62,136 nucleotides of DNA, taken from IMG/VR virus record IMGVR_UViG_3300030090_003965, positions 1 to 62,136 of that record. The stretch is one strand, 5' to 3'. Below the pieces are notes generated by a model. It was not told where the DNA came from. It was given only the letters and a program-made list of their open reading frames with translations, and did no database searches. This document shows, one piece after another, positions 35,493 to 45,341 of the stretch. The DNA comes from a virus. Its lineage: Duplodnaviria > Caudoviricetes. The position numbers and the translations under genes were made by a program. Numbering within the stretch: position 1 is the stretch's first letter; every line of letters starts with the position of its first letter.

Positions 35493-37344
35493 TTTTTGCT
35501 TCTCCCCAGTTAGGTCCCAGTTCTGCGTCCACAACGCTGGGAACCTCTAAATCTACACAGGTCTGCATAATTTCCACTATTTTTTTAGCTTGTTCTCTGT
35601 TTTTTACGCTAATGTCTAGTTCGTCGTGTACTTGTATCATAGGAAGTATGCCTTCGTCGTATAGGGCAACCATGGCAGCCTTGGTTTGGTCAGCTGCACT
35701 CCCTTGTATGAGCTTATTGAGTGCTTTGTAGGTAAAAGCTCGCTTTATGCTTGGGCCATGTTCGGCATAGGCTTCTTCGTAGGTGAGGGGTTTCCATGTG
35801 CCGTACTTGGTAGGCTCCCATTTGTTAAATCTGCATCGGCGTCCCAGTAGGGTACGGATTATGCCTCGGTTAGTGGCGCGGTTACTGGCGTAGTCAGCTA
35901 GTTGGCGTACAAAGGGAACCTTGTCGTGATAAGTGGCAAATAAATCTTTTGCCTCTTCTAGCTCTAGTCCTAGCGTAGCTGCCAGTTTGCGCGTACCCAT
36001 ACCGTAGAACAAACCAAGGTTAATGTCTTTGGCCTGTTTACGGGGGACACCTACTATGTCGGCTGCCATCTGGTGGAAGTCGGTGTAGGGGTCTTGGGCG
36101 TATTGTTCGGCAAATTGGTCCGCGCCGGTAAATTCAAGTAACTTTGCGTAATGCACCACTATTCGCGGTTCTTGACTACTGTAGTCAAAGGCACCCCATT
36201 CTTCGTTTTCTTCGGGTAAAAACAGGCTGCGAATCATAGGGCCTATTTCCCCGTGTCTAGCCGGTATTTGCTGTAAATTAGGGTTACTGTAGCTAAACCT
36301 ACCAGTAACAGTGCCCCCGCCGTCGTTACGCAAGCTGTGTGCCTCTGCGTGTATTCTACCATTACATTGGTGGCGCAGTATGGTGTCGATAAAAGTGGTT
36401 CTTGCTTTGTTGTATTCCCGTGCCTGCACTACCATCTGTGGCAACGGATGACTGTGCGTGGATAAAAACGTTTTGGTAAAAGACGGAGCGTTTGTTTTTT
36501 CTGTGTATTTGTACTCTAGTTTAGCGGCATCAAAGGCTTTAGCAATGCTGGCAGCAGCCCATAGGTCTACGGGTACGCCGTAGTCGGCTACTATGGTGTC
36601 TAGGATGTGCTTTTCTTTTTGTTGGAGCTCGGTTTTTAATAGTTCGGCTTTTTCTAAGTCTACACGTACGCCTTTTTGTCGCATGGGTAGCACTACGTTC
36701 AGTACATTAAGTTCAAGGTTAAAAATGTCTTGTATATCCTGTTGTATCAGCAGTCCCTTAAAGTGTTGCCACAAGCGCAGGGTAAGGGCTGCGTCTTGTT
36801 CGGCGTAGGCTCCTACATGGTGTGCAGGGAGTTTGTACATTTCGCTCTTAGCGTTTACGCCAAATTCAGCAGCAGCAACGCGGAGTTCTTGTTCGTTTTT
36901 TCTTTCGCTTAAGTAATCTCTTCCCAGCGCGTTTAGGGCATAGCTCCAGCGGTTTTCATCCAGTAGGGGCGCAACCACCATGGTATCCACTATACGGCCA
37001 CTTAGGGTTAAACCCTCATGTAGTAGCCAGCCTACATCGTACATAGCGTTGTGGAAGATGTAGTCTCTGTCTACGGAGATAACATCCTGTAACCAGCGCA
37101 GGGTGGCTTTATCGTCTAGGTTAGGGCCTATTTCATGTCGTATGGGAAAATACCACTGATTTCCCTGCACGGCTACGGCTACGCCTATTATATGACCATT
37201 GCCCGTGGGCCATCCGGATCCCAGCGTAGTTAGGGCGGGATCGCAGGTTTCTAAGTCTATGGCTATTTCTTTATAAGAACTGAGGTCAGGATAGCTTTGG
37301 GGACAGACCCATTCGGAATCTGTTTTGAACAAACTAGCTTGCAT
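35482..37344 (-). CDS. polA: DNA polymerase family A with 3'-5' exonuclease domain
   Basis: DLET, FHNAMYD, YAEQDA exonuclease motifs; TGRFS, DYSSQEPR, KDINLGLFYGMG, IQGSAAD, QVHDEL. Confidence 0.96.
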   Translation of the reverse strand: MQASLFKTDSEWVCPQSYPDLSSYKEIAIDLETCDPALTTLGSGWPTGNGHIIGVAVAVQGNQWYFPIRHEIGPNLDDKATLRWLQDVISVDRDYIFHNAMYDVGWLLHEGLTLSGRIVDTMVVAPLLDENRWSYALNALGRDYLSERKNEQELRVAAAEFGVNAKSEMYKLPAHHVGAYAEQDAALTLRLWQHFKGLLIQQDIQDIFNLELNVLNVVLPMRQKGVRVDLEKAELLKTELQQKEKHILDTIVADYGVPVDLWAAASIAKAFDAAKLEYKYTEKTNAPSFTKTFLSTHSHPLPQMVVQAREYNKARTTFIDTILRHQCNGRIHAEAHSLRNDGGGTVTGRFSYSNPNLQQIPARHGEIGPMIRSLFLPEENEEWGAFDYSSQEPRIVVHYAKLLEFTGADQFAEQYAQDPYTDFHQMAADIVGVPRKQAKDINLGLFYGMGTRKLAATLGLELEEAKDLFATYHDKVPFVRQLADYASNRATNRGIIRTLLGRRCRFNKWEPTKYGTWKPLTYEEAYAEHGPSIKRAFTYKALNKLIQGSAADQTKAAMVALYDEGILPMIQVHDELDISVKNREQAKKIVEIMQTCVDLEVPSVVDAELGPNWGEAKNVL

Positions 37345-37519
37345 TGTCGGTTAGTATCTTCATAGACATATTGCAAGAACAATAGGGCCATTTATTTTTA
37401 AGCGTTCTGTAGGTAAGGGCTTTTGTGTCTTTTCCACAGGCGCAAACAGCCTTGATAGGGTTGTCTAGCTTAGATTCTCTTTCGGCTTCCTGCTCGTACA
37501 CTACGTGTGATTTTTCCAT
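37334..37519 (-). CDS. Small Cys-containing hypothetical protein
   Basis: CACG...CSC; overlaps both neighbours. Confidence 0.45.
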   Translation of the reverse strand: MEKSHVVYEQEAERESKLDNPIKAVCACGKDTKALTYRTLKNKWPYCSCNMSMKILTDNAS

Positions 37520-37833
37520 AAAAGTAACTCAGACTCAACAAGTAATAAATATCTACGTAAATCTCTAATGTCGTCTATTATACCTTCTTCTGTCTCATCG
37601 TCTGCTTGGTCTTTTAAGGTTCTAAATATATCGTAAGAGTCCCCGCCTTCCTGTGCTTGAAACGTTACTTGGTTTTCTATTCTGTCCCACTTACGGGCCA
37701 GCATCATAAAGGCCCCTACACCGCCCCGTTTTTTCCAACTATTACCGTAGTATTCTTCGGCTTTAGTTAAAGCCTTTTGGTCCTCTTCGAGAATACTGGG
37801 CAGCAGGTATAGGTTACTGTTTGGGTGTGACAT
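37501..37833 (-). CDS. Nucleotide-modification-associated alpha-helical protein (Nmad1/DUF1599, MazG-like)
   Basis: K...YG.SW..RG..G.F....RK.DR...D...DL..Y..L; coupled to the thymidylate synthase-like gene. Confidence 0.7.
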   Translation of the reverse strand: MSHPNSNLYLLPSILEEDQKALTKAEEYYGNSWKKRGGVGAFMMLARKWDRIENQVTFQAQEGGDSYDIFRTLKDQADDETEEGIIDDIRDLRRYLLLVESELLLWKNHT

Positions 37834-38894
37834 TATGGTTTCTCCGCATCAAATTGAACGCCGCCTCTTCTGCTGAGCCATTCGTGCAGGGCTATGGCCC
37901 AGTCTTCCGCTTGAATGCACTGTGCTGTAAAGTCGGCTTGGTAAGTGTTTTTGCCTTTTTCTTTATATAGTTTCCATGCTCTGAGCATTTTTATGGCCAC
38001 ATGGGGGAAAAAGGAATTTTTCCAGTGTGGTTTTAGCCACTTTTCTCTTGTGGGGTCGTACACTGCTCCCACGCTGTCTACACCAAAAAACTGTTCCAGT
38101 TCTTGGTCAAAGGAATTTATGTCATCTACTAAGGGCCTTGGTTGTATTAAACGGCTGCCGTAGGCGTCGTAGTCGGGTTGCATGTTTTCTAGCTTTTTAA
38201 GTGGTTCCAAGTACGCGTGGAAGTTATTGCTAAACTGGGTATAAATACCTACTTTAGTTCCTGTTTTTGCTGCCATATACTCTTGCAATACCGACATGTG
38301 AACGGCATTTGCCCCCAGTGCTCCCCAGATCATATCGTTGCTGCGGTTAACAACAGTCATGTCTAAGTGTTCACCCCTTTTTTGAAAGTAAATCTGTGTG
38401 TTACAGGGATAGTCTTTACCATCGTTTGTTTGTACTAAGTCTTCAGTTGCATCCCACATGGAAACCACGGTGCGTCGGTCGTTTTTGTAGGTAAGCAACC
38501 GGTGAACGGCGTGTTCAAGCTGGTCTTTGCCAAACCAGTATCGCCAGCGGTGGCCATACGCCCCATGAAAGGTTTTGCCATCGTCGCTGTAAGTGTTTAT
38601 TCTGCCGTTAAACTGGCTAATCCAGTCTACGTCGTTACGGCCTTGCAGCATCCATAACGACTCCATTAGGTGAAACACAGGGTTAGCGTCCCGTTGGGGG
38701 TAAAACAGTACTCTTTCGCAAGGGTTGTTATACGTAATAGCTACGGGGGTGTCGAACTCTAGGGCAGGCCCATTACGGGTTTGTATAGTTGTGCCTTCCT
38801 CTTCTAGGGCAGTCTTACACAGGTATAAGGCCTCGCTAACGTTGCGCACGGTAAAGGTTCTTACTCCTTTTAGCCTAGGGGAATCATAGGTCAC
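37833..38894 (-). CDS. Thymidylate synthase-family enzyme, probably dUMP hydroxymethylase
   Basis: GAYG.RWR, RR.V..MWD, catalytic PCN, NRSNDMIWG...AN (RSND plus Asn at the dUMP-specificity position), NFHAY. Confidence 0.85.
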   Translation of the reverse strand: MTYDSPRLKGVRTFTVRNVSEALYLCKTALEEEGTTIQTRNGPALEFDTPVAITYNNPCERVLFYPQRDANPVFHLMESLWMLQGRNDVDWISQFNGRINTYSDDGKTFHGAYGHRWRYWFGKDQLEHAVHRLLTYKNDRRTVVSMWDATEDLVQTNDGKDYPCNTQIYFQKRGEHLDMTVVNRSNDMIWGALGANAVHMSVLQEYMAAKTGTKVGIYTQFSNNFHAYLEPLKKLENMQPDYDAYGSRLIQPRPLVDDINSFDQELEQFFGVDSVGAVYDPTREKWLKPHWKNSFFPHVAIKMLRAWKLYKEKGKNTYQADFTAQCIQAEDWAIALHEWLSRRGGVQFDAEKP

Positions 38895-39823
38895 GGTACG
38901 GCTCCAATAACAGAGGGTTGATCACGAAACACCGGATGTGTAAAGCCATCAAACTTTGACCGAGGCTTGCCTTGGCCTTGGCGTACTCGTTCGTATTTAT
39001 CCCATTCGCACAGGCTGTGCTCTATAGTACGCATGTCTATTTGTTTAACGGGGCATTTTCCCTTGCAGTAAAAAGTTGCTGCATACATAAGTTCTTGCAT
39101 TTCCTGATTAGCCTGTACGTCTTTTATTGATTTTTTTAATGGTCTGTTCTGTAAGCGGTTAAGACCACGCTTGGCTCCGGGACCGGCATTGGCCCAAGAA
39201 AATCTGTCCTGTGCGTGTTGCAACACAGGGGTGTAGTTAAGGTCGGTAACTACTTCGTAGGCCATAAAACCTCCACCACCCCATCCGGTAAAGGTACCCA
39301 GAACTTTGTGTAGGCTCTGTAAACTGTTAGAGATTTTTGCCACTTGTTCCAGAGAATCACGGGCCTCCCAAATGGGGGTTAAAAAGTAATCAGAAACTAC
39401 TTCCGATTTCTTTAGCTTTAGCCCCTGATTAGTAACAATGTAGGCTCCCGTAAAGGTAGGCCGCTTGTTTTGCAAACGGGTTTCTATTACAGCCTTGGTA
39501 TAGGCGGGATTCCAGTTTGTTACCCAACCGTGTTCTTCGGCAAAACCGGAAGTCCCCACACACCTAAACAAGCAGCAGTTAAAGATAATTTCTCCCCATG
39601 GACGGTCTTTGTTAGGTTCTGTCCAGTTTTTCCGCATCCATACGGTTACTCTGTCGTTTTCTCTAAAGGGGTTAGTAAACTTGTATTCCTGTAGTATGGG
39701 GTCTTGAGTCCATGGGGCAGCTTGTCCTGAGGCTCTTCGTTGATAAATGGCGTGTCGTTCGTTTATCCAGCCAAAAAACCTTTCTACGGCTTCGGGGTTA
39801 GCGTGAGCTGTACGGTGCCAGAT
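38891..39823 (-). CDS. aGPT-Pplase1 (PF18723-type) thymidine hypermodification enzyme
   Basis: The frame extends 62 codons above the track's ATG and there contains ERH.IY..R....PWT.DPIL.EYKFTN.FRE.DR; the body has GF.AYE...DL, GPGA.RGL, IEH.LCE.DKY.R. Confidence 0.8.
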   Translation of the reverse strand: MWHRTAHANPEAVERFFGWINERHAIYQRRASGQAAPWTQDPILQEYKFTNPFRENDRVTVWMRKNWTEPNKDRPWGEIIFNCCLFRCVGTSGFAEEHGWVTNWNPAYTKAVIETRLQNKRPTFTGAYIVTNQGLKLKKSEVVSDYFLTPIWEARDSLEQVAKISNSLQSLHKVLGTFTGWGGGGFMAYEVVTDLNYTPVLQHAQDRFSWANAGPGAKRGLNRLQNRPLKKSIKDVQANQEMQELMYAATFYCKGKCPVKQIDMRTIEHSLCEWDKYERVRQGQGKPRSKFDGFTHPVFRDQPSVIGAVP

Positions 39824-39836
39824 AGTGGTCTCCTTA

Positions 39837-40154
39837 TTAAGAGTTTTCGCTAGAGGGAACCAACAGTTCTATTGCTCCTGCCTTTACGGCCAGCTTTATG
39901 TCGGTGCTGCCTCCGGGAGAAACAGTTAAACTTTTTAGTGCCGTGAGGGCTTGGCCTACGGTGTGGGCCTTCATTACCACCCGCATGTTGCGATACCTAT
40001 TAGTACCCTTACGAATAGGTGGTTCATCCATTAGCGATTTAATAATCACGTTGTGCTTAATATGCACCCTGCGCTGTTTAGGCTTTGATGGAGCGGGCTT
40101 TTCTGGTTCATCATAGGAAACAATTCCCCCAAAGGTGGGATCCGTTGTCGACAT
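39837..40154 (-). CDS. Hypothetical basic protein heading the modification operon
   Basis: AAAGAGGT SD; promoter directly upstream. Confidence 0.6.
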   Translation of the reverse strand: MSTTDPTFGGIVSYDEPEKPAPSKPKQRRVHIKHNVIIKSLMDEPPIRKGTNRYRNMRVVMKAHTVGQALTALKSLTVSPGGSTDIKLAVKAGAIELLVPSSENS

Positions 40155-40195
40155 TGTAAGTACCTCTTTCTAGTGTGTGTTTTTGTACTACCTGT

Positions 40196-40224
40196 ATTTT
40201 ACTAAAGGAACAATAGAGAAACAA
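40196..40224 (-). promoter_or_regulatory. Sigma70-like promoter TTGTTT-N17-TAAAAT for the modification/polymerase operon
   Basis: Reverse complement reads ttgttt ctctattgttcctttag taaaat. Confidence 0.55.
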
Positions 40225-40228
40225 TTCT

Positions 40229-41749
40229 TTACCCGTGCGGTATTGAATACCCCGCTGAATACATAGGGTGTATCAAGTGCAGAGCTTGTTTTGCCCGAGT
40301 TAGTCCTACGTAGAAAACTCGGGCTTCGTCATCTTTTTCGGTTTCGCTAAATCGCCACTGGCTGTTAGACCTACCCGTGGTATCGGTTAACAGTAGTACG
40401 TTTTCTGCCTGTGCGCCTTTGGCCCTGTGAATAGTTGAAATAGTTATTCTGGGGTCTTTGGTTAAGTCTTCTCCCTTGCGTAAACAAGCAGAAATGTAGC
40501 GTTTATCTCTGTTTGAAATCTTACCTAAAGCATCGTCCCATGGGGCTTCGGTTAGCAGGCCATAATCGGCTTGTAAGTCTTGTAGGCTGTAAAAGCCTTC
40601 TTCGTTAATGTTAGGTAAGGTTTTGTATCCGTACTGTATTTGTTTGTGTAGCAGCATTTGAGCATAGATCTTACGAACATCTTCCGTGGGTAATTTTCTA
40701 CCCTTACGGAGTTTTTCCCATAGAATAACCGCCTGTAGGGCTTTGCTGTCGCTACTGCGGCTAGACTCATACGTATACAAATGCCCTCGCTGCCTGACTT
40801 CTTCCTCTAACTGATTTGCCCCTTTTGTGGTGCGTGACAACAACAACCATGGGCCTTCTGTCAGGTCTACCTGTTCACTGTGGCGATGCCACTGTAGGGA
40901 ACCTTCATCATCTCTAGGGCTGAATTCTTTGTTATGCCTGTTAGTAATCTTTTGTATAAGACGCTGACTTATTCTATGGTGTTTGGCCGGTATGCGGTAA
41001 CTCTTTGTTAAAACACTAATGTTGCCCTGTAGCTGTAAAAACTTTTCTACATCGGCACCGGCCCAGCGGTAAATGGCTTGGTCATCATCTCCGGCAATAA
41101 ACACATACTGTGCCTTATTAGCCAGCAAGTAGACCATTTTCCACTGCAAAGCGGATAAGTCCTGTGCCTCATCTATAATAACTACCTCTAGCCTAGGGGC
41201 TAGGTCTGCGTTTATAAACTGCGCCAGCATGTCGGTGTAGTCTAGTAAGTGGTATGTGTTCTTGTAGTGACGTAGGCCACGGTCAACGTAGTCAACTAAA
41301 CGCCAGTCGGCCTTGTAGCGCACTCGACTAGAGTTATAGATATCACGCAAGGGAATTTGTGTAATACGAGCCATGTTTATTAGTTCTAGGAACTTATCGC
41401 CATAGCCAATGTCTTTAAAGGGACCTAGGTCGCTTTCTCTGGCAAAAAAGCTCCCTATCTTTAGCCACTTGCTTACCTCGTCGTAGTGTTTACGAGTCAT
41501 TATTTGGCTACGGGTTATACCTAGTTGGCTATAGGCCAGCGAATGCAGTGTACGAAAATAAGGTAAATCGTCTGCGGATAAATTAAACCTAGTCATAGCG
41601 CGGTGCTTGGCTTCTGTATTGGCTCTGCGGGTAAAGGCAAAGTATCCAATTAAACTGGGTGATACTCCTCGTTCTAAAAAACCTTCTACCGTGCGTATGC
41701 TGCTTTCTGTTTTTCCCGTTCCCGGAGGGCCTAGTATTATGTTCAGCAC
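40229..41749 (-). CDS. UvrD/Rep-like SF1 helicase
   Basis: GPPGTGKT, FRTLHSL, IDEAQDL, AGDDDQAIY, STIH.AKG.Q, FYVGLTRAK; likely GTG start at 41749 (TAGTG overlap). Confidence 0.92.
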   Translation of the reverse strand: MLNIILGPPGTGKTESSIRTVEGFLERGVSPSLIGYFAFTRRANTEAKHRAMTRFNLSADDLPYFRTLHSLAYSQLGITRSQIMTRKHYDEVSKWLKIGSFFARESDLGPFKDIGYGDKFLELINMARITQIPLRDIYNSSRVRYKADWRLVDYVDRGLRHYKNTYHLLDYTDMLAQFINADLAPRLEVVIIDEAQDLSALQWKMVYLLANKAQYVFIAGDDDQAIYRWAGADVEKFLQLQGNISVLTKSYRIPAKHHRISQRLIQKITNRHNKEFSPRDDEGSLQWHRHSEQVDLTEGPWLLLSRTTKGANQLEEEVRQRGHLYTYESSRSSDSKALQAVILWEKLRKGRKLPTEDVRKIYAQMLLHKQIQYGYKTLPNINEEGFYSLQDLQADYGLLTEAPWDDALGKISNRDKRYISACLRKGEDLTKDPRITISTIHRAKGAQAENVLLLTDTTGRSNSQWRFSETEKDDEARVFYVGLTRAKQALHLIHPMYSAGYSIPHG

Positions 41750-43275
41750 TAGAGTATTTCCTGTTCTCCGCTTAAGGGTGGTAGGTCTACGCTGATTTCT
41801 TCCTCGCCAAAGTAGGTTTGTGGCAGGCTCCAAACATGCACACCCTTACCTTTAACTCTCCAAAACGTTTTATCTGACTCTAAGTCTCTGAGTTTTAAGG
41901 TTATTTTGTTAGACGTATAGTGCGTAAAGTCGTTAACAGTTAAGTGCTTTCTAAGGTCTTTTACTTGAAAAAACACCTTGTTATCACACCACACAGAAAT
42001 GCCTTGCAGTATGTCCTCTTTTTCCGTGCCCCGTGCTCTTTCGGTACAGAAGCTATGGAGCAGGTCTTCAAACTCACCGGAAAGCGTTGCATCTGGCGGT
42101 ACCTCTACTATGGTTAAAGTGTCTAGTAGGGTTTGTATTCTGGTTTGCCACGCCCGTTGTGTAATTGTAGCGGGAAACTTGTTTATTTGCGAAACGCAGT
42201 CTTTTTGAAATTGCGGCTGACTAATGAGCCCTTGCGTAGACAGTTCCACCCGTTGTTCGTCTACGTTTAGTATCCAAATAGGGGGGTCGCCGTCTATTTT
42301 AGTAAGACTACTCAGCTCATGTGAAATCCCCGCAGGCCCTACGCCGTACTTTCGAGTCTTACACACCTCTTTGTTACAAAAAGGCTTTATGGGCTGGTCT
42401 TCACACTTGTAAAAGTAGTCCTTTTTATGTAGCTGTTTTATAACAGTACCCACTTCCGAATGGCTCAAGGGCGGTACTAGGTGATCTACGTTGTATTTTT
42501 GAACAAGGTTTTCCCAGTTATCGGCGTTAAACAGGCGAGCATACACCCCAAGATTAAACAACGCATTGTTACGGCTGCCTTCGGTAAAGCCTTGTCGGCA
42601 CAAGTGCTGCAAGCACGGAGGGCCTTCTTTTAGAACGGTTTCTTTAGTACCAAAGTTAACGTCTAGCTTTGCAAAAGCTCCGGCAGTTAAGGCACGTTTT
42701 TTAGCGTAAGCAATAAAGGCTTCTGTGGTAAGGCTTTCGCCTTTAGTGTCAAAGGCGTAGCGCACGGTGCGGTCACCGGACTGGTACGGCATGTTTAAAA
42801 AGTTACCGGTATCTCCGCGGTCAACCAGTATGGTCGTTTGTTTGGGAAAAATCTCTGTGTCTGCATAGCCCAGCGCAGCAGCAAGATTGGTCATCTTCCG
42901 TTGCATGTCAGCGGCAGGAATATACTGTTTAACAAATAACCAGATATGTGCCCCGCCCGACTTACTACGCCCCACAATGGCGGGAATTTTGTTTTCTCTC
43001 AGCTTTTTAACTAATAGCTTATGGTCGGTGTCGTAGCTGTCAACATCTATTGCTCCCCACTTACAGGTGTTGTCGCTGCGTATAGGAATAATTCCCAGCC
43101 CTATACCACCTTGTAAGTGTTCTACCCAGTGTTCTAGTGTAGGGGGTTGGCGTAAGACTTTGGCTTGTCCTTGTTTTTTACCGTCTGATCGCTGTTCACC
43201 GTTTACTTGGTACGTTCCATGAGCTATGTCGCTTCCAGAAAAGAGCTCTAAAAACTCTTTAGCTAATTCCTGCAT
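41749..43275 (-). CDS. Primase (AEP/prim-pol type with PriCT-like domain)
   Basis: W.AIDVD, RSKSGGAH.W, EIFPKQ, GNFLNMPY, EGSRNNALF. Confidence 0.85.
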   Translation of the reverse strand: MQELAKEFLELFSGSDIAHGTYQVNGEQRSDGKKQGQAKVLRQPPTLEHWVEHLQGGIGLGIIPIRSDNTCKWGAIDVDSYDTDHKLLVKKLRENKIPAIVGRSKSGGAHIWLFVKQYIPAADMQRKMTNLAAALGYADTEIFPKQTTILVDRGDTGNFLNMPYQSGDRTVRYAFDTKGESLTTEAFIAYAKKRALTAGAFAKLDVNFGTKETVLKEGPPCLQHLCRQGFTEGSRNNALFNLGVYARLFNADNWENLVQKYNVDHLVPPLSHSEVGTVIKQLHKKDYFYKCEDQPIKPFCNKEVCKTRKYGVGPAGISHELSSLTKIDGDPPIWILNVDEQRVELSTQGLISQPQFQKDCVSQINKFPATITQRAWQTRIQTLLDTLTIVEVPPDATLSGEFEDLLHSFCTERARGTEKEDILQGISVWCDNKVFFQVKDLRKHLTVNDFTHYTSNKITLKLRDLESDKTFWRVKGKGVHVWSLPQTYFGEEEISVDLPPLSGEQEIL

Positions 43276-43284
43276 ACGGTACCC

Positions 43285-43500
43285 CTAGCTGGTTCTCCAA
43301 ATACGTATTCCGTTTTCTACTTTTCGTGAAGTAACCCCCCAGCCTTTTTCTTTCATTAACTTATATACATACGTAGCTTTACCGGTGTTTTTTACCAGTA
43401 TTGAGTCCCCTACTTCTGCCTTTGATAAGCGTTCGTACTTACTACGACGAACGACATGGCTACCTTTTGGGGGAATAGGGATATTTTTTTGAATTCTCAT
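43285..43500 (-). CDS. Small putative DNA-binding protein (IPIP...VGDS...RIWR family), copy 3
   Basis: Motifs shared with 26851..27237 and 33388..33663. Confidence 0.6.
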   Translation of the reverse strand: MRIQKNIPIPPKGSHVVRRSKYERLSKAEVGDSILVKNTGKATYVYKLMKEKGWGVTSRKVENGIRIWRTS

Positions 43501-43626
43501 TGTTGTTCTCCTAGAACCTGTTACTAAAGCGGAATGAACACGCTCCTCGGACCCATCATCACGAAGAACGTGCCCACCCCTGCACAGTGGTCTATTAACC
43601 GCTAAGGCTAATAAAGCTGTGTTAAG

Positions 43627-44436
43627 TCAAATAATAGACTCCTCATCAGGGGTTTGTTTTGCCCCAGATTCGTTCTGTTCTGCTCTTACCTGTACCTCAC
43701 CTGCCTTTATACTACGGGCAAAGGCCACAGCTGACTCAAACCATTCCTTACCTTCCGGTGTTTCTAGGTTAAGGCTGCTTTCGCGGGTAATTTCCCAACC
43801 AAACCAGCTACCTTTGTCGTTGCGTTCCTCAACGGTAGCTAACCGGTATACCTGTGACATCATAGGCAGCGTGTATATACCATTAGCCCCTTTAGCAGTT
43901 AAGGACTGCATCTGTGTTAACCACTTACGTGATTTTTTCAGCTGCGTACTGGTCATGGGGACCATTGCGCGTTGTAACCCCTGTGTGGGATGCACATACA
44001 GTACAAAGAACTGTGCTGTGTTGGCCAACAGATTACCGCTTGGTAATATGTCTTCACCACGCTCGTTGCGTACAACGCTGTTGACTATGGGGTCAGTTGT
44101 TTCGTAACTGGCCACGTAGCCCCCGCCCTTTTCTCTAGGGGTCCATTCTACAAAACGCCTGTTGTAGTGTGCGGGTATGACCTGTATGCCAACGTCCCCG
44201 TCATATACTTCGTTCAGTACAGTGTTGTAGAGCATTCCTGCTTCGGCACCGTCTATGTATGCCCCGTCTCGCTTATTGACCTGTGGACTAAGCTGCGCAA
44301 GTATGCGTAAAAAAGGTATAGCTAAGTCATCGGTTTGGACTTCGCTAAAGCCTTCGGCAGCAAATTCTTCCAGTTCTTTATAAACGGCGATCTGATTTTT
44401 AGTCTCATCGACTTCGGCAAGTGCTTTACTAGCCAT
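43627..44436 (-). CDS. Putative ssDNA-binding/annealing protein
   Basis: DLAIPFLRILAQLSPQ, M.STQLK.SRKW, N.KG.W.G; acidic tail; replication module. Confidence 0.65.
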   Translation of the reverse strand: MASKALAEVDETKNQIAVYKELEEFAAEGFSEVQTDDLAIPFLRILAQLSPQVNKRDGAYIDGAEAGMLYNTVLNEVYDGDVGIQVIPAHYNRRFVEWTPREKGGGYVASYETTDPIVNSVVRNERGEDILPSGNLLANTAQFFVLYVHPTQGLQRAMVPMTSTQLKKSRKWLTQMQSLTAKGANGIYTLPMMSQVYRLATVEERNDKGSWFGWEITRESSLNLETPEGKEWFESAVAFARSIKAGEVQVRAEQNESGAKQTPDEESII

Positions 44437-44439
44437 GTA

Positions 44440-44994
44440 TCACCTCTTTGGTTTTATGATCTTAGCCTGTTCGCCAATGTACAGGCTAAATAAATCAGAC
44501 GGGAGCTTGTTACCGGCTTCCACCTGCTCTCGGGCAAACGCTTTAAGCGTCATTGGCTCTACCCACTTACGGGCTGCTGGTTGAAACTGGCGTTCTTCCA
44601 GTTCATCCATTATTTGCTTGGCACTGTCCTCTTGTCCTCGTGCAAAGCTCAAGCTGATTTGGTTTTTAATTAGGTCGCCAAAACCGTTGTCAATAAGCCA
44701 AGAAAAGGCTTCTTCTTGGTTCTTTTTAGTAATACTGGCACCATAGTAGTTCTTAACTGAAATCTGACTACCATCTTCCATTTTAAATTCCCGTATGCCG
44801 TATTCCAACATGGCTGCGGGTAATTTATCTTCGGCTATTTCTCTTAAGTCACGCTTGGCTTGCTTTAGTTCTTCTTCTATGTCTTGTACGCGTCGCTCTA
44901 GTACTAATTGGGTTTGTGCCAGTTTGCCTACGCGGCTTAAGCCTTCTTCGTCTACGGTGCTGAGTTCGTTAGCTACTTCTTCAAAGCTGGTCAT
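44440..44994 (-). CDS. Conserved phage replication-module protein
   Basis: Coiled coil, AF.WL..NG.GDLIKN, V.P.TLKAF.RE. Confidence 0.65.
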   Translation of the reverse strand: MTSFEEVANELSTVDEEGLSRVGKLAQTQLVLERRVQDIEEELKQAKRDLREIAEDKLPAAMLEYGIREFKMEDGSQISVKNYYGASITKKNQEEAFSWLIDNGFGDLIKNQISLSFARGQEDSAKQIMDELEERQFQPAARKWVEPMTLKAFAREQVEAGNKLPSDLFSLYIGEQAKIIKPKR

Positions 44995-45313
44995 TTGTGG
45001 GGCCTCGTGTTGAAAGGTCTACCTGTAAGGGAAAGTACTGCCGTTCTAGCCTGTCCCATTTAAGTAACTGGTAACGGCCTCGGTTAAACTTTGCAGCTAA
45101 AGAAGCCGCTATGGCTACCCCAGCGGGGTCGCCGCCGAGGAGTAGGTAGTCATCGTCGGTGAACTTAGAAAGCACACTAGCCATACGCCTTACAGTAGGC
45201 GCAGTACTAAAACTTACCTGCTCTTTTGCAGGTAATAGGATTTCTAAATTACCAAAAGTGGCTGCGTCGGTAATATCTCTACCACGCATTTCTTGTATTA
45301 TGTATACCGTCAT
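44981..45313 (-). CDS. Conserved hypothetical protein
   Basis: DDYLLL.GDP, LLKWDR..RQY; own promoter. Confidence 0.65.
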   Translation of the reverse strand: MTVYIIQEMRGRDITDAATFGNLEILLPAKEQVSFSTAPTVRRMASVLSKFTDDDYLLLGGDPAGVAIAASLAAKFNRGRYQLLKWDRLERQYFPLQVDLSTRGPTNDQL

Positions 45314-45341
45314 GGCTTTCTCCCCATGCTGCTAATTAAAT

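Noticed and set aside
43501-43626. Possible tRNA or ncRNA in intergenic gaps (also 30521-30649)
   Set aside because: No cloverleaf, T-loop or convincing long stem could be identified by eye.
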